From a virus, in IMG/VR virus record IMGVR_UViG_3300030099_007635, positions 1-64,000 of that record: a stretch of DNA of 64,000 nt; one strand, written 5' to 3'. Position numbers and translations under genes: made by a program. How positions within the stretch are numbered: position 1 is the stretch's first letter; every line of letters starts with the position of its first letter. Below the pieces are notes generated by a model. It ran no database searches. It was given only the letters and a program-made list of their open reading frames with translations, and was not told where the DNA came from. Positions 25,401 through 33,909 of the stretch are shown here, piece after piece.

Positions 25401-27404
25401 ACGTGGAACGCTAAGCAAGATGCTCTGTCGTTTGGAATAAGCTCTGATAACGTCCTTAGATCCAATGGCACCATGGCCGATAATGAGTTTCTAAAGGTTG
25501 ACGGAACTAAGATTGAAGGACGATCCGCTTCAGATGTAAAAACCGATTTAAGTTTAAATAACGTTGAAAATACCGCGCTCTCTACTTGGGGAGGGTCTAG
25601 TAATATAACCACCGTAGGCTCTATTACAGCGGGAGAGTGGGCGGGAACCGCGATAGATGATGCCTATATTGCTAGTGCAGGAAGTTGGAATGGTAAGCAG
25701 GACGCGATTACGTCTTCAAACAGATTAAACGCCAACGTTGTTAGTAATGGTAGTGTATCAAATACAGAGTTTGATTATCTCGACGGTGTTACCAGCGCGA
25801 TTCAAACGCAATTAAATGGAAAGCAAGATTCACTATCATTCGGAATAAGCACTGATAACGTTCTCCAATCAAACGGAACTATGTCTGATGATCAGTTTCT
25901 TAAGGTTGATGGGACAAAAATCGAAGGACGATCTGCTTCAGACGTTAGAAGTGATATCGACGCTCAAGAAACTATTGATGCATCAAATCGCTTGAGCGCC
26001 ACTCTAGTCGGTGCCAATGGAAACGTATCTAATACTGAATATGGTTACCTCGACGGCGTAACCAGTGCGATCCAAACGCAGTTGGATAATCGCTACACAG
26101 AGAGTGAGATGGAGGATATCATTGAACACTCTTACATTTCTAAAGAAACTGCTAGTGACCTTGCTGTTGGTTGGTATACCATTGCTACTAATACAGGTAA
26201 TAGGGCTGTAGCTAGGTTTGGTGTTTGGGATACAGATAGCAGCCGACACCAGAGTGTAATTTTTTATGCGGCACATAAATATGGCAACGCATCAGCCGAC
26301 ACAATTACTGTTTTAGATACTTCTCATTTCAGCATTAGTCCTTTCCGTTACATAAGAATTAAAGCAGGTGGAACCTATGATGGTGCTGCCCTTCAAGTAT
26401 ATATTGATAGCACCAAGAACGCTCTAAATGCAGCTATCCTTGGAGATAACTTTCAAACTGACAGTTGGGTTCTTTGCGATTTTATTCCAGATGCTGATAC
26501 CCCACCACTCGTAAGTAACTACGGCTCTTTTAGTGAAAGTTCTAGGATTGATTTAGATGAGATTGCACAAGGTGGTTTTGCAACCACTGGTCCTATCTAT
26601 GCTGACGGAAACACAAGCCAATACAAAGTTCTTACTACTAATGACGGCGGCATTAGTAGTGACAATGTTCTTCGGTCTAACGGAACAATGTCTGACAATG
26701 AGTTCCTCAAGGTAGACGGAACAAAGATTGAAGGACGATCTACTTCTGAAGTTAAAACCGATTTAGGTTTATCAAGTAGCAGCACCGTTCAATTTGGAAG
26801 TTTGGGTGTTGGTGGTGCTGGGTATAATACATTAGATGTAAATGGAGGCGTAGCAATTGGCGCGAGTTATATATCAAGCTCAGCCCCCAGTAATGGTTTA
26901 TTAGTGCAGGGAAATGTGGGAATTGGAACTAATTATCCGTCCTATGCTTTGCATGTGAATGGGTCTATTGTTGGATCTTATAAATCATTTTTAATTGATC
27001 ATCCAAGCAAGGAGGGCAAGAAGCTCATGCATGGATGTATTGAGGGTCCAGAGTTAGCAGTATACTTCAGGGGTAAGAGTGATTTAAATTTAATTAAAAC
27101 ACCAGATTACTGGGAAGGTTTAGTAGATATAGATTCTATGACTGTAGAATTAACTGCTATAGGGCCGAATCAAAATCTTTATGTTTCCTCCATAGCAGAA
27201 AATGGAGATATTACCATTGGCTCAAACACAGATGAACCTATGAATTATTTCTATGCTGTTTATGGTGAACGTAAAGACGTAAAGAAATTAGATGTAGAGA
27301 TAGATATCGAAGAAGAGGAACCTGTAACAGTTGATGGAACTCAACCAGAAGCCATCTCCAACGAAGGGGAAGTTTCGGAAGAAGAGGATTCTCCGCAAGA
27401 ATAA
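22407..27404 (+). CDS. long tail fibre / spike protein with modular repeat shaft
   Basis: VGIGT motifs, repeated modules, C-terminal KSFLIDHP...L.HGCIEGPE...YFRG domain. Confidence 0.8.
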   Translation: MINKGDASFQVLNITADEGAWTYGSGAYDFATGATGSVGIYNAIATASGWHSVKFLQGVSTSALPTGLHDLNGIFFSTGYVVGGATPIGDIRGAGTGYKAGVALTDASLDRNQSYRAAYYAVYEGAGSSLTGKVGIGTTAGDFTDYGYYDGVFTTKEVHDFDNFFSGDTGDLAATTTGSGIYMSSDVTLEFEIMNPMGEQLTTSAQIVADPFISGQEISILNADGSMRFPRFRNYDGSSVTIDRRANKDIFGQYTNNYGVRNTVVSYDGTRNINDYFVYTNPAEVAKVRVQDGSGTWLNESDKELEGPPTGDIGSFEDAKEALRYHNHQPVYDSDGNSEPVSGKIEFTLSMLQKPSRCTYGDLLIFAGDNALFSTNEGSLVGRFPLEQIQEGQTITLYEGNGIPVDEPRYYAMMVDSPVGFDNNAAGSGAPVYFLGDYTLAQVPLPNMNFMPNKGNAQLEGDIVVKRAHNGEGGYVTADCIEIGPEDYTYPYAIKTHEGHVGIGTSAAMLGGARMSVNGNLVGGGTAGRATGPGGVDYALASDVPSTITFGISAGDVTKVGAGGLSDDDFVRVNGTTYEGRSASDVRSDLSLGSLALLSAVDADSVTVSNLEVDNFKDSAIVTESEGISSHDNDTSLPTSAAVKDYVDNTVIPDTNTYVTSAAFGTSDGVLTLTRNDAATVTVDLDGRYQDEITSSNRLNANLIAAGSVSNTEFDYLDGVTSAIQTQLDGKQATLTFGIASDNVLQSNGTMADNEFLKVDGTKIEGRSTSEVKTDLSLNNVENTALSTWPGSSSIATVGSISAGEWAATAIEDAYIASAGSWNAKQDAITSSNRLNANLISAGSVSNTEFDYIDGVTSNIQTQLDAKQATINSSNRLNANLISAGSVSNTEFDYLDGVTSAIQTQLNAKQDSLTFGIATDNVLQSNGTMADNEFLKVDGTKIEGRSASEVKTDLSLNNVENTAISTFAGSANITTLGTITAGEWAGTAIDDNYISSASTWNAKQDALSFGISSDNVLRSNGTMADNEFLKVDGTKIEGRSASDVKTDLSLNNVENTALSTWGGSSNITTVGSITAGEWAGTAIDDAYIASAGSWNGKQDAITSSNRLNANVVSNGSVSNTEFDYLDGVTSAIQTQLNGKQDSLSFGISTDNVLQSNGTMSDDQFLKVDGTKIEGRSASDVRSDIDAQETIDASNRLSATLVGANGNVSNTEYGYLDGVTSAIQTQLDNRYTESEMEDIIEHSYISKETASDLAVGWYTIATNTGNRAVARFGVWDTDSSRHQSVIFYAAHKYGNASADTITVLDTSHFSISPFRYIRIKAGGTYDGAALQVYIDSTKNALNAAILGDNFQTDSWVLCDFIPDADTPPLVSNYGSFSESSRIDLDEIAQGGFATTGPIYADGNTSQYKVLTTNDGGISSDNVLRSNGTMSDNEFLKVDGTKIEGRSTSEVKTDLGLSSSSTVQFGSLGVGGAGYNTLDVNGGVAIGASYISSSAPSNGLLVQGNVGIGTNYPSYALHVNGSIVGSYKSFLIDHPSKEGKKLMHGCIEGPELAVYFRGKSDLNLIKTPDYWEGLVDIDSMTVELTAIGPNQNLYVSSIAENGDITIGSNTDEPMNYFYAVYGERKDVKKLDVEIDIEEEEPVTVDGTQPEAISNEGEVSEEEDSPQE
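24048..26770 (+). repeat. three interchangeable ~42-48-aa coding repeat modules in tail fibre
   Basis: A: FGI.SDNVL.SNGTM.DNEFLKVDGTKIEGRS.S.VK.DL; B: NNVENTA.ST..GS..I.T.G.I.AGEWA.TAI.D.YI.SA..WN.KQ; C: I.SSNRLNAN....GSVSNTEFDYLDGVTSAIQTQL..KQ. Confidence 0.9.
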
Positions 27405-27406
27405 GG

Positions 27407-27434
27407 TGGATAATTTAGCTTTCCTGTTTATAAT
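27407..27434 (+). promoter_or_regulatory. sigma70-like promoter TGGATA-N16-TATAAT, 6 nt before ATG
   Basis: Read from sequence. Confidence 0.55.
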
Positions 27435-27440
27435 GGGATA

Positions 27441-28136
27441 ATGTTAAAGTGTATTTTCTTAATCCCAATTGATCATAGAGGCATTCAGGGTAGACTGTTT
27501 ACTCAATACCTAGATTTACAGTCGTGGTGTGAACGAAACAATTCCACCATTTTGACCTGTAATGGTCTATTTTTAAATTTTGCTAGGAACCTTCTCGCTA
27601 CAGGAGGTAAGGGATATTCGGATACATCTCCCCCAAAAGCAGAATGGCTTTTTTGGATTGATTCCGATATTAAATTCAGTATTGAGCAAATAGAATACTT
27701 ATTAAATGAAGTGCCAGAGGAAAACTTGTTTGCCACTGGTTGGTATCAATCTGATCATGGAGATAAAGCGATGGTCGGCTCTTGGGATGAAGAGTATTTC
27801 AAAGAGAACTTACACATGCCATTTACCTCCGCTAAATGGTTGCTAGAAATGGCCAAGGAAGACACTCGAAAAATTGTTCAGGTTGACTGGTGTGGGTTTG
27901 GTTTTACCAAAGTCCACCGTTCAATATACGAACAAATGGACTATCCATATTACCCCTTGAATCAAATAGAAATTGAAGGTTGTAGAGACCCGAAGAATGA
28001 GGGTGAAAAGATCACCATCAAAGACCTAAGTTTTGAGGATGTTAGTTTTTGCAGAAACTGCTACAAAACAACTGGAATTAAACCTGTGGTTATTCCTGAA
28101 TTAAGAGTGGCTCACTTAAAGTCTTATTTCGTCTAG
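27441..28136 (+). CDS. GT-A fold glycosyltransferase (phage type)
   Basis: ARN, WIDSDI (DxD), VDWCGFGF, EDVSFC, V.HLK. Confidence 0.75.
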   Translation: MLKCIFLIPIDHRGIQGRLFTQYLDLQSWCERNNSTILTCNGLFLNFARNLLATGGKGYSDTSPPKAEWLFWIDSDIKFSIEQIEYLLNEVPEENLFATGWYQSDHGDKAMVGSWDEEYFKENLHMPFTSAKWLLEMAKEDTRKIVQVDWCGFGFTKVHRSIYEQMDYPYYPLNQIEIEGCRDPKNEGEKITIKDLSFEDVSFCRNCYKTTGIKPVVIPELRVAHLKSYFV

Positions 28137-28790
28137 ACTCTTAAGATATTCCCGAGGGTATTTTAATCTTTGTTCGTCTGACATCCCAGCCAAATGGAAA
28201 ATATATGGGAGTTCATTGGTCTCCTGTTCTCTTAGGTAATTTATCTCCTTTTTCCAGTAGTGCTGTAGCTTTAAGTAGGGAATGATAGAACAGATTTCTC
28301 TGAAGTTATCAATATTCTCCTTGTAGCATCCTCTTATAACCGCTTGATCTTCTATCCAATTTCTAATGGGGGGGTTTAAAAATTTATTTTTAAGCTCTTC
28401 GGAGTAAGCCCATTTTTCAACCATAGCTTTAACTTGGGCTGTATTCTTAAGAATTAGGACTCCAGAGTTCAAGGCTGGAGGGCTTAGGTTGCTGTAGTCT
28501 GCACTTAATATGATTTCGTTATCGTATTTTTGTATCAGATCTTCTAGTGAGGGGGATTCTAAATAAAAGAAAGCGTCAGCATCTATCCATACAACATAGT
28601 CATATTTTTCTATATGTTTTAGTATTAATGGAAACCTCTCCCAATGCGGCTTTCTGTCCGTGTAGCGGCGTTTGGAACATTTTATTAATTTATAATTATA
28701 TTTATTACAATATAATTTATTTATCTGGTGATAATATTTAGCAAAGAATTCTATTTGCTTATCATACCACATTAAGACCGCTATATTCAT
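28116..28790 (-). CDS. GT34 (GMA12/MNN10)-like glycosyltransferase
   Basis: YC.K..Y, P.W, WIDADA, LNSGVLILKN, DQ, IFHLAG. Confidence 0.75.
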   Translation of the reverse strand: MNIAVLMWYDKQIEFFAKYYHQINKLYCNKYNYKLIKCSKRRYTDRKPHWERFPLILKHIEKYDYVVWIDADAFFYLESPSLEDLIQKYDNEIILSADYSNLSPPALNSGVLILKNTAQVKAMVEKWAYSEELKNKFLNPPIRNWIEDQAVIRGCYKENIDNFREICSIIPYLKLQHYWKKEINYLREQETNELPYIFHLAGMSDEQRLKYPREYLKSLDEIRL

Positions 28791-28800
28791 AGCTAAAATT

Positions 28801-29037
28801 CTAACTATCCCTATCAGTAAGGGATGGTAGAGCGTAGGCGTGAAAGTGGGGGGTGTTTCCTTCTTGGTAATCGTTTTTAAAGATAAGGCATGAGACCTTT
28901 TGACCGTTTATCTCTATAGTTCCCGACAAGTAGCTTCTCCCATCTCCCTTATTTTTGATCCAAAACGATCCCACCTTGTTCTGAGTCCAAGTTGAAGGTT
29001 GTTTCTTTGAGGAGGTTGATAAAGTCTCTTTTTGCAT
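28801..29037 (-). CDS. small beta-rich protein (DUF736-like)
   Basis: VGSFW......YLSG.I......IFKN......P.F. Confidence 0.5.
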   Translation of the reverse strand: MQKETLSTSSKKQPSTWTQNKVGSFWIKNKGDGRSYLSGTIEINGQKVSCLIFKNDYQEGNTPHFHAYALPSLTDRDS

Positions 29038-29146
29038 AATGCGGTAATGATTTATATTGTGATTTTAAGCGTTGGTAAACTCTTCTGGATACAGGATCAA
29101 CTGGATTACAAATTTTTCTTAATTTTTTAGCGACTCTTTTGTTCAT
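28949..29146 (-). CDS. basic hypothetical protein
   Basis: MN..VAKKLRK...R.Y..LK..Y. Confidence 0.6.
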   Translation of the reverse strand: MNKRVAKKLRKICNPVDPVSRRVYQRLKSQYKSLPHYAKRDFINLLKETTFNLDSEQGGIVLDQK

Positions 29147-29598
29147 AGTTCTGCAATGTAAATTTCACAATCTTTAACGAAGCCTAGTTTCTCATAGAAC
29201 CTAGCTACTTTGCTTGATTTTGGATGTCGTTCAACACAAGACATACTTGCATATTTAAATTCTTTTTCTCTGGCAAAGCTTAGAGCATGACCTAATAACT
29301 TTTGTCCTACCCTTGGGTTTTTTGAAAGCCAAAGGTATTCGGTAAAAATTTCCTCTCCAAACTTTTCATTTTTATGATTTAAAAATGCAATCATTGCATC
29401 AAATTTACCAGTGTCATTTAGATTGGCCCATACAAAAAAATCCCAAGCAAGAACGTGTGGGGTGCTAAAGGCATTAATTATATATTCTTTATTATGCTTT
29501 AAAAAATGCCCCTCATTTTCATTCTCAAACTCAAAAAGCTCCTCAATGTCATCTAGGAGATTGTTGAATTCTGCGGGATTAGTTATTCTTTTAATCAT
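29143..29598 (-). CDS. GNAT-family acetyltransferase
   Basis: G.KLL..A..FA, FYEKLGF. Confidence 0.7.
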   Translation of the reverse strand: MIKRITNPAEFNNLLDDIEELFEFENENEGHFLKHNKEYIINAFSTPHVLAWDFFVWANLNDTGKFDAMIAFLNHKNEKFGEEIFTEYLWLSKNPRVGQKLLGHALSFAREKEFKYASMSCVERHPKSSKVARFYEKLGFVKDCEIYIAEL

Positions 29599-30371
29599 TG
29601 ATTAAGTGCAACGATAAGCTTTCTGGCTTCTTTCGCTGGGATATCCGCAAAAGAATCCCACTCTGCCGCTGATTCATTACGGTATTTGTCGTCCTTCCAT
29701 AAGTCTCTCAGAACCTTCTTGCAGGACTCAAAAGAGTCAACCCCATGCTTTTCCCTAAGAGTCTTTTCAAGGAGGTCTACGGGGGTGATAGGAGTCGCAA
29801 TAGCGTCAGCCTCTACAGCTTGGCCAGAGCCTTGAGACTTGTCAATCTCATCTGCTCCGACAATGTGGATATTAAGATAATTACGCACACAACGGACAAA
29901 AGCTCTGTTACAAGCAATTGTTTCTAGGAATTTAGCACAGAAGCTATCTGTATTTGCAAGAGTAGCGTTAGCATAGTCTTGATATGCGACTTCATGTTGT
30001 GTCTCATAATTCTTATCCCAGTTTATGGTGCATTTGGCTGTTACATAGCTATCTGAAAGATGGGTTACATCGAAAGCTACCGTGGAGTATCCTCTCATTT
30101 TAGCTAGCTCTTTGATCCCTCCAAGCATGATCAGAAGCTGCTTATCATCTAAGTCTTCTGTAGATGTAGGAACAGGTTTATTGCGAGCATCAAACCAGCC
30201 CTTATTAGGGTAAAGGAACTCTGGCTTAATCATAGCCCTCCAGTTTACCGTGCCGTCCTCATTAAATTCGTAGTCCACATTTTCTAGAAGTCCATGCTCA
30301 TTACGCTTGTAAGCGTCTGGTCCGTAGAATTTCTTTGCGGCTTTCTTTTTACCTGTTTTAGTCTGACTCAT
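29595..30371 (-). CDS. putative ssDNA-annealing protein (Rad52/RecT-like fold)
   Basis: GG..ELA..RG, A.A...N, IA.NRAFVR.VR.YLNI....DEI resemble annealase cores. Confidence 0.4.
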   Translation of the reverse strand: MSQTKTGKKKAAKKFYGPDAYKRNEHGLLENVDYEFNEDGTVNWRAMIKPEFLYPNKGWFDARNKPVPTSTEDLDDKQLLIMLGGIKELAKMRGYSTVAFDVTHLSDSYVTAKCTINWDKNYETQHEVAYQDYANATLANTDSFCAKFLETIACNRAFVRCVRNYLNIHIVGADEIDKSQGSGQAVEADAIATPITPVDLLEKTLREKHGVDSFESCKKVLRDLWKDDKYRNESAAEWDSFADIPAKEARKLIVALNQ

Positions 30372-31506
30372 AAATATAAAAGTGTTCTAATTCTTTCCAG
30401 TAGTCAAGAGTATCTAATACTTTATTGTTCCTGTCAAGACCTTTTTTCCAGTGAGCCGCACTTAAATATTCCTTATTACCTTCGATAAGTCTAAAAGAGG
30501 AAAGGAAACGGCTTTCTTCGCTAACTTCACAGGGAGCTTCTGTTCTTGTGTAATACAATCGAGTCGGAATATCGAAATATTTGTTCCTTATGTAAGGTAG
30601 ATCTTCTTCCTCCTTTACCAAAAACACTAATTCTATATTTAGATTTTTAAGTATTTTAAAATAATTATCAGGAATATCGTCCCAATCTTTGTTAATTATT
30701 ATAAATAAGCTCTTTGTGTTAGCTGCAATATTACTTAAAGCTTGTGGTTGAATAAGTTGATCAGCACAGATGGCAACTTTGTAACGAGAGCAATAGCTTA
30801 AAAAAGCATTCTCATCAAACCCATAATCTGCCCTGACTACAAGTAGTTGATTGGGATCAAGCTTGAGTGGGTTAAATGAGGTTGGTATTACTTGAACTGC
30901 ATTTTGGGGAAATGAATCCCCGACATACTTAGTTCTAAAATTAATTTCTTCTTTCTCTATATCTAAAAAATCAAGCACACTCTGAGCAATGTCTTCAGCC
31001 TTAATTTTTTTAATCTGTTTTTGTGGGTCTATGTTTGAGAAAGACGGCTTCTGCTTGGAATTCCAAGGGGGGGTTAGGTTTTTATTAAGAGACGGTTTAG
31101 AAAAAATTGGTCGGTTATTGGACGGAAAAGTATTGCCAAATAGATTCACCGTAGGAATTTGCTTGGAGCTAGCTAAATGAGAGAGAACTCCATCACCACC
31201 CACATGAACCAAGGAGTTTGATATGATAAAACTTTTCTGTTTAAACGTTAAATTTAATGCGGCATCACTACCCTTGATGCGAGAATTACCTCCTAACTGA
31301 ACTATTTTGATGTTAGCTCGATCAAAAAAAGGTTTTAATAAATCTACTACTAAATCGTAATAAGGATATGATTTAGATTCTATTCCATCATCTTTCGAGA
31401 TAGTTATATAGTTATCAAAATTTAAAGGAAAGAAATGATCTTTTACTACGGGGCTTGAAATCTTCACGCCCAAACTTTTTGCATATTCTTCTAGTAAATG
31501 TGCCAT
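30358..31506 (-). CDS. GT9 (heptosyltransferase-like) C-terminal half plus unknown domain
   Basis: H..E.Y...LG, K.YPY, IVQLG, HVG.D....HLAS...IPTV.LFG. Confidence 0.6.
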   Translation of the reverse strand: MAHLLEEYAKSLGVKISSPVVKDHFFPLNFDNYITISKDDGIESKSYPYYDLVVDLLKPFFDRANIKIVQLGGNSRIKGSDAALNLTFKQKSFIISNSLVHVGGDGVLSHLASSKQIPTVNLFGNTFPSNNRPIFSKPSLNKNLTPPWNSKQKPSFSNIDPQKQIKKIKAEDIAQSVLDFLDIEKEEINFRTKYVGDSFPQNAVQVIPTSFNPLKLDPNQLLVVRADYGFDENAFLSYCSRYKVAICADQLIQPQALSNIAANTKSLFIIINKDWDDIPDNYFKILKNLNIELVFLVKEEEDLPYIRNKYFDIPTRLYYTRTEAPCEVSEESRFLSSFRLIEGNKEYLSAAHWKKGLDRNNKVLDTLDYWKELEHFYIYESD

Positions 31507-31508
31507 GA

Positions 31509-33398
31509 TTAACGTAGGGAAAATTGGTGCTTATCTAAGCCATTGTGAATATATGAAATATTCTTTTGTGTTGTATTGTGTGGATGAAAAACCATTTCAA
31601 AAACACCCCTGTGATCAGCGACACCCTCTAAAGCTAATGAGTTTTCCAACATAGGGCTGTAGGGAAGCAATTTATAAACATGAGGGTTGTCGTCTATGCA
31701 GGGAAAAAATTCAGGATTAGTGAAAACATATATGTTATATTTTTTATATTGTTTTTTTAAATTCTTTAGAAGTGAATTAATTAAGAATACATCTGTATCG
31801 CTCTGAGGTATTACTACGGCAATTCTTTTCCCCCTATCCTCTTCCCCTAGAAACGTAGCTAAATCAGGAGTGTTAGACTTTTGTTGCTGCTCTCTAGCTA
31901 TGTTTTGAAAATGTTCGACAATTTCGTGTGCAGGAGTTCCTTGGTTTAATAAGTTTAGCCAATGTTTAACTCCCTGTGAATTTTCATCAACATCATCATT
32001 TAAAAATTTCTTATAGATATCTACTAGAAAATCTTTAGGAGAGGGATAATTTTCTTTAGGTTTGTAATTAGGATCTCCAGAGACTTTTTTGAGGTCATAA
32101 TCAAAATCCACCGAAGGCATCGAATCAATAATCTCCTCTAACTGTTTTCCGATTACTTCAACCGAGAAATTATCAATTGTCCATTGTCTTGCTCTTTCTC
32201 CCCATTCTTTTCTCTCTTCATCAGAAAGACTCAAAACTTTATTAAGTTGATTAACTATGCTGTCAGGATTAGTTGAAGCTTTAGTAAATTGAGTTCCAGG
32301 TTCCCTATATTCACTCCAACCCAAAGGCAAACCACCTGATTCCTCAGTGCAGTTATCTTCGCCACAAGAATAGTTGGTGACTAATGTAATTAAACCTGTA
32401 AGCTTTGCTTCTTGAATGGGGATCTCCTGACCTCCACTTGTAAAAGGGTGGCAGTAAACATCCATTAAATTGTAAATCTCATTTAGCTGATCTTCACTCA
32501 CACCCTTATTTGTGTTTGTGGTATTGAGGGACTTTTCGGAGCCACATTTTCTACAGTTTTGCTCTTGTCCTGTAAATGGCCTAACTTCGTATTGATGGCA
32601 AACGTTACACACATAAGTTGTTAGAACATCCTCCCTATTAATGTTTTTCTCTTCTAGCATACGAGGAATGTCCCAACCCTCAGACCAGTGGGTATGAAGA
32701 AGTAGCTTGGCTTTTGGCTGTTTTTCTTTAAAAATTTTAAACGCATCCAATAGATTAGGAACACTTTTCCTTAACTGGTTACGAAAGACGAAACCTATTA
32801 TATAGTCATTAGTAAGCCCATACTGTTCCCTTAATTGCTTCCTTTTTTCATCTGGAAGTCGATAAAAATTGGAGATATCCAAGGAACCTCTAAGTGTTTT
32901 AACGTGGTTATATCCCATTTCCTTGAATGCTTTTTCAGCAAAGGAAGACCACACATAATAATTTTTAATTTTAGGAGCATATTCGATTGCTTGCGGTAGG
33001 ATAGGTAAACTATCCAACGTGGTCCATACCATTGTGTTGATCTTGTTCCACCAAGCTTTTGTGTGAAATCCATTAAATGCCCAGATATCTTCAATACCTA
33101 TATAAACATCAGGCTTAAACTCCTCAATAGCCTTGTCTAGTAACTTACCTCCATAGCCCTCTGCCCGTCTTTGATCGGGGTTTAATTTTTCCAACTCACC
33201 CGCAGGTGGAAGAGAGCCTCTGCACTTCCAAGGGACAGTTTTAGTAACTGGATCATTCCACTGAAGCCCGTTGGCCACCTCAATTAGTTCATATTTACCA
33301 GTATCAAAAAGATACCGCATAATATTTTTTTTATTTTTACCAAAACCAGTAAAGGCTCGACAGAAATTAGAATGAATTAAAACTGTTTTCTTTTTCAT
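31509..33398 (-). CDS. GT4 glycosyltransferase with Zn-ribbon insert and C-terminal GT9 N-terminal-like domain
   Basis: TGFG, RNQLRK, CNVC/CRKC, YN.MDVY.HP..SGG.EIP..EA; tail RIAVV....DV.L..SLL..LKK.Y....I.V.T.P......NPHV. Confidence 0.75.
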   Translation of the reverse strand: MKKKTVLIHSNFCRAFTGFGKNKKNIMRYLFDTGKYELIEVANGLQWNDPVTKTVPWKCRGSLPPAGELEKLNPDQRRAEGYGGKLLDKAIEEFKPDVYIGIEDIWAFNGFHTKAWWNKINTMVWTTLDSLPILPQAIEYAPKIKNYYVWSSFAEKAFKEMGYNHVKTLRGSLDISNFYRLPDEKRKQLREQYGLTNDYIIGFVFRNQLRKSVPNLLDAFKIFKEKQPKAKLLLHTHWSEGWDIPRMLEEKNINREDVLTTYVCNVCHQYEVRPFTGQEQNCRKCGSEKSLNTTNTNKGVSEDQLNEIYNLMDVYCHPFTSGGQEIPIQEAKLTGLITLVTNYSCGEDNCTEESGGLPLGWSEYREPGTQFTKASTNPDSIVNQLNKVLSLSDEERKEWGERARQWTIDNFSVEVIGKQLEEIIDSMPSVDFDYDLKKVSGDPNYKPKENYPSPKDFLVDIYKKFLNDDVDENSQGVKHWLNLLNQGTPAHEIVEHFQNIAREQQQKSNTPDLATFLGEEDRGKRIAVVIPQSDTDVFLINSLLKNLKKQYKKYNIYVFTNPEFFPCIDDNPHVYKLLPYSPMLENSLALEGVADHRGVFEMVFHPHNTTQKNISYIHNGLDKHQFSLR

Positions 33399-33877
33399 GA
33401 GTTTCTAAACTCTTTATTCTTGGATAGTCTGCAAATATAAAGCTCTTGTAAATAAAATTTGAGAAACTCTCTCAACCCGTAAGCCTCAGACATTTCTACT
33501 CCGATGCCAAATTTATTAGCGGAGTTTCTAGTTACTCCAAAAGAGAAGGCATCTGTGCCATCTTTTTTCTTATAGGGCTTAAATGAAATAGAGGTTTTAT
33601 TGTCCTCGTATGAATGAAATGCAGAAAATTCTTTATATTTTTCTATTGCAAAGATAAGCCCGCCCACTTCAATCTCATTCAATTTAATTGAAATGGACTT
33701 GTCTGGATCTTTGGCGTTCTCTGAAAAAGAACCAGTGCGAGTCTTGTCGTTCCAAGAGTGTTGTTTAATAGCTCTTACATAAACGCAAGGCTCTTGGTTT
33801 TTATTATTAGCTCCGATATCGAAGCTGAAGGCGCATCCTGTATTCTTAGAATTGGGCTTATAATACTGAACAATCAT
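33395..33877 (-). CDS. hypothetical protein, possibly PC4/Whirly-like ssDNA-binding
   Basis: Two beta-beta-beta-alpha units (I.IKL...E...L / I.V...E...L); weak. Confidence 0.45.
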   Translation of the reverse strand: MIVQYYKPNSKNTGCAFSFDIGANNKNQEPCVYVRAIKQHSWNDKTRTGSFSENAKDPDKSISIKLNEIEVGGLIFAIEKYKEFSAFHSYEDNKTSISFKPYKKKDGTDAFSFGVTRNSANKFGIGVEMSEAYGLREFLKFYLQELYICRLSKNKEFRNS

Positions 33878-33881
33878 ACTG

Positions 33882-33909
33882 ATTGTATCAAATTAACCCT
33901 TAAATTCAA
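33882..33909 (-). promoter_or_regulatory. sigma70-like promoter TTGAAT-N16-TACAAT, 4 nt before ATG
   Basis: Read from sequence. Confidence 0.6.

Noticed and set aside
24048-26770. Diversity-generating retroelement template/variable repeats
   Set aside because: Repeats are in-frame protein modules with mostly synonymous, not adenine-specific, differences; no reverse transcriptase in the window
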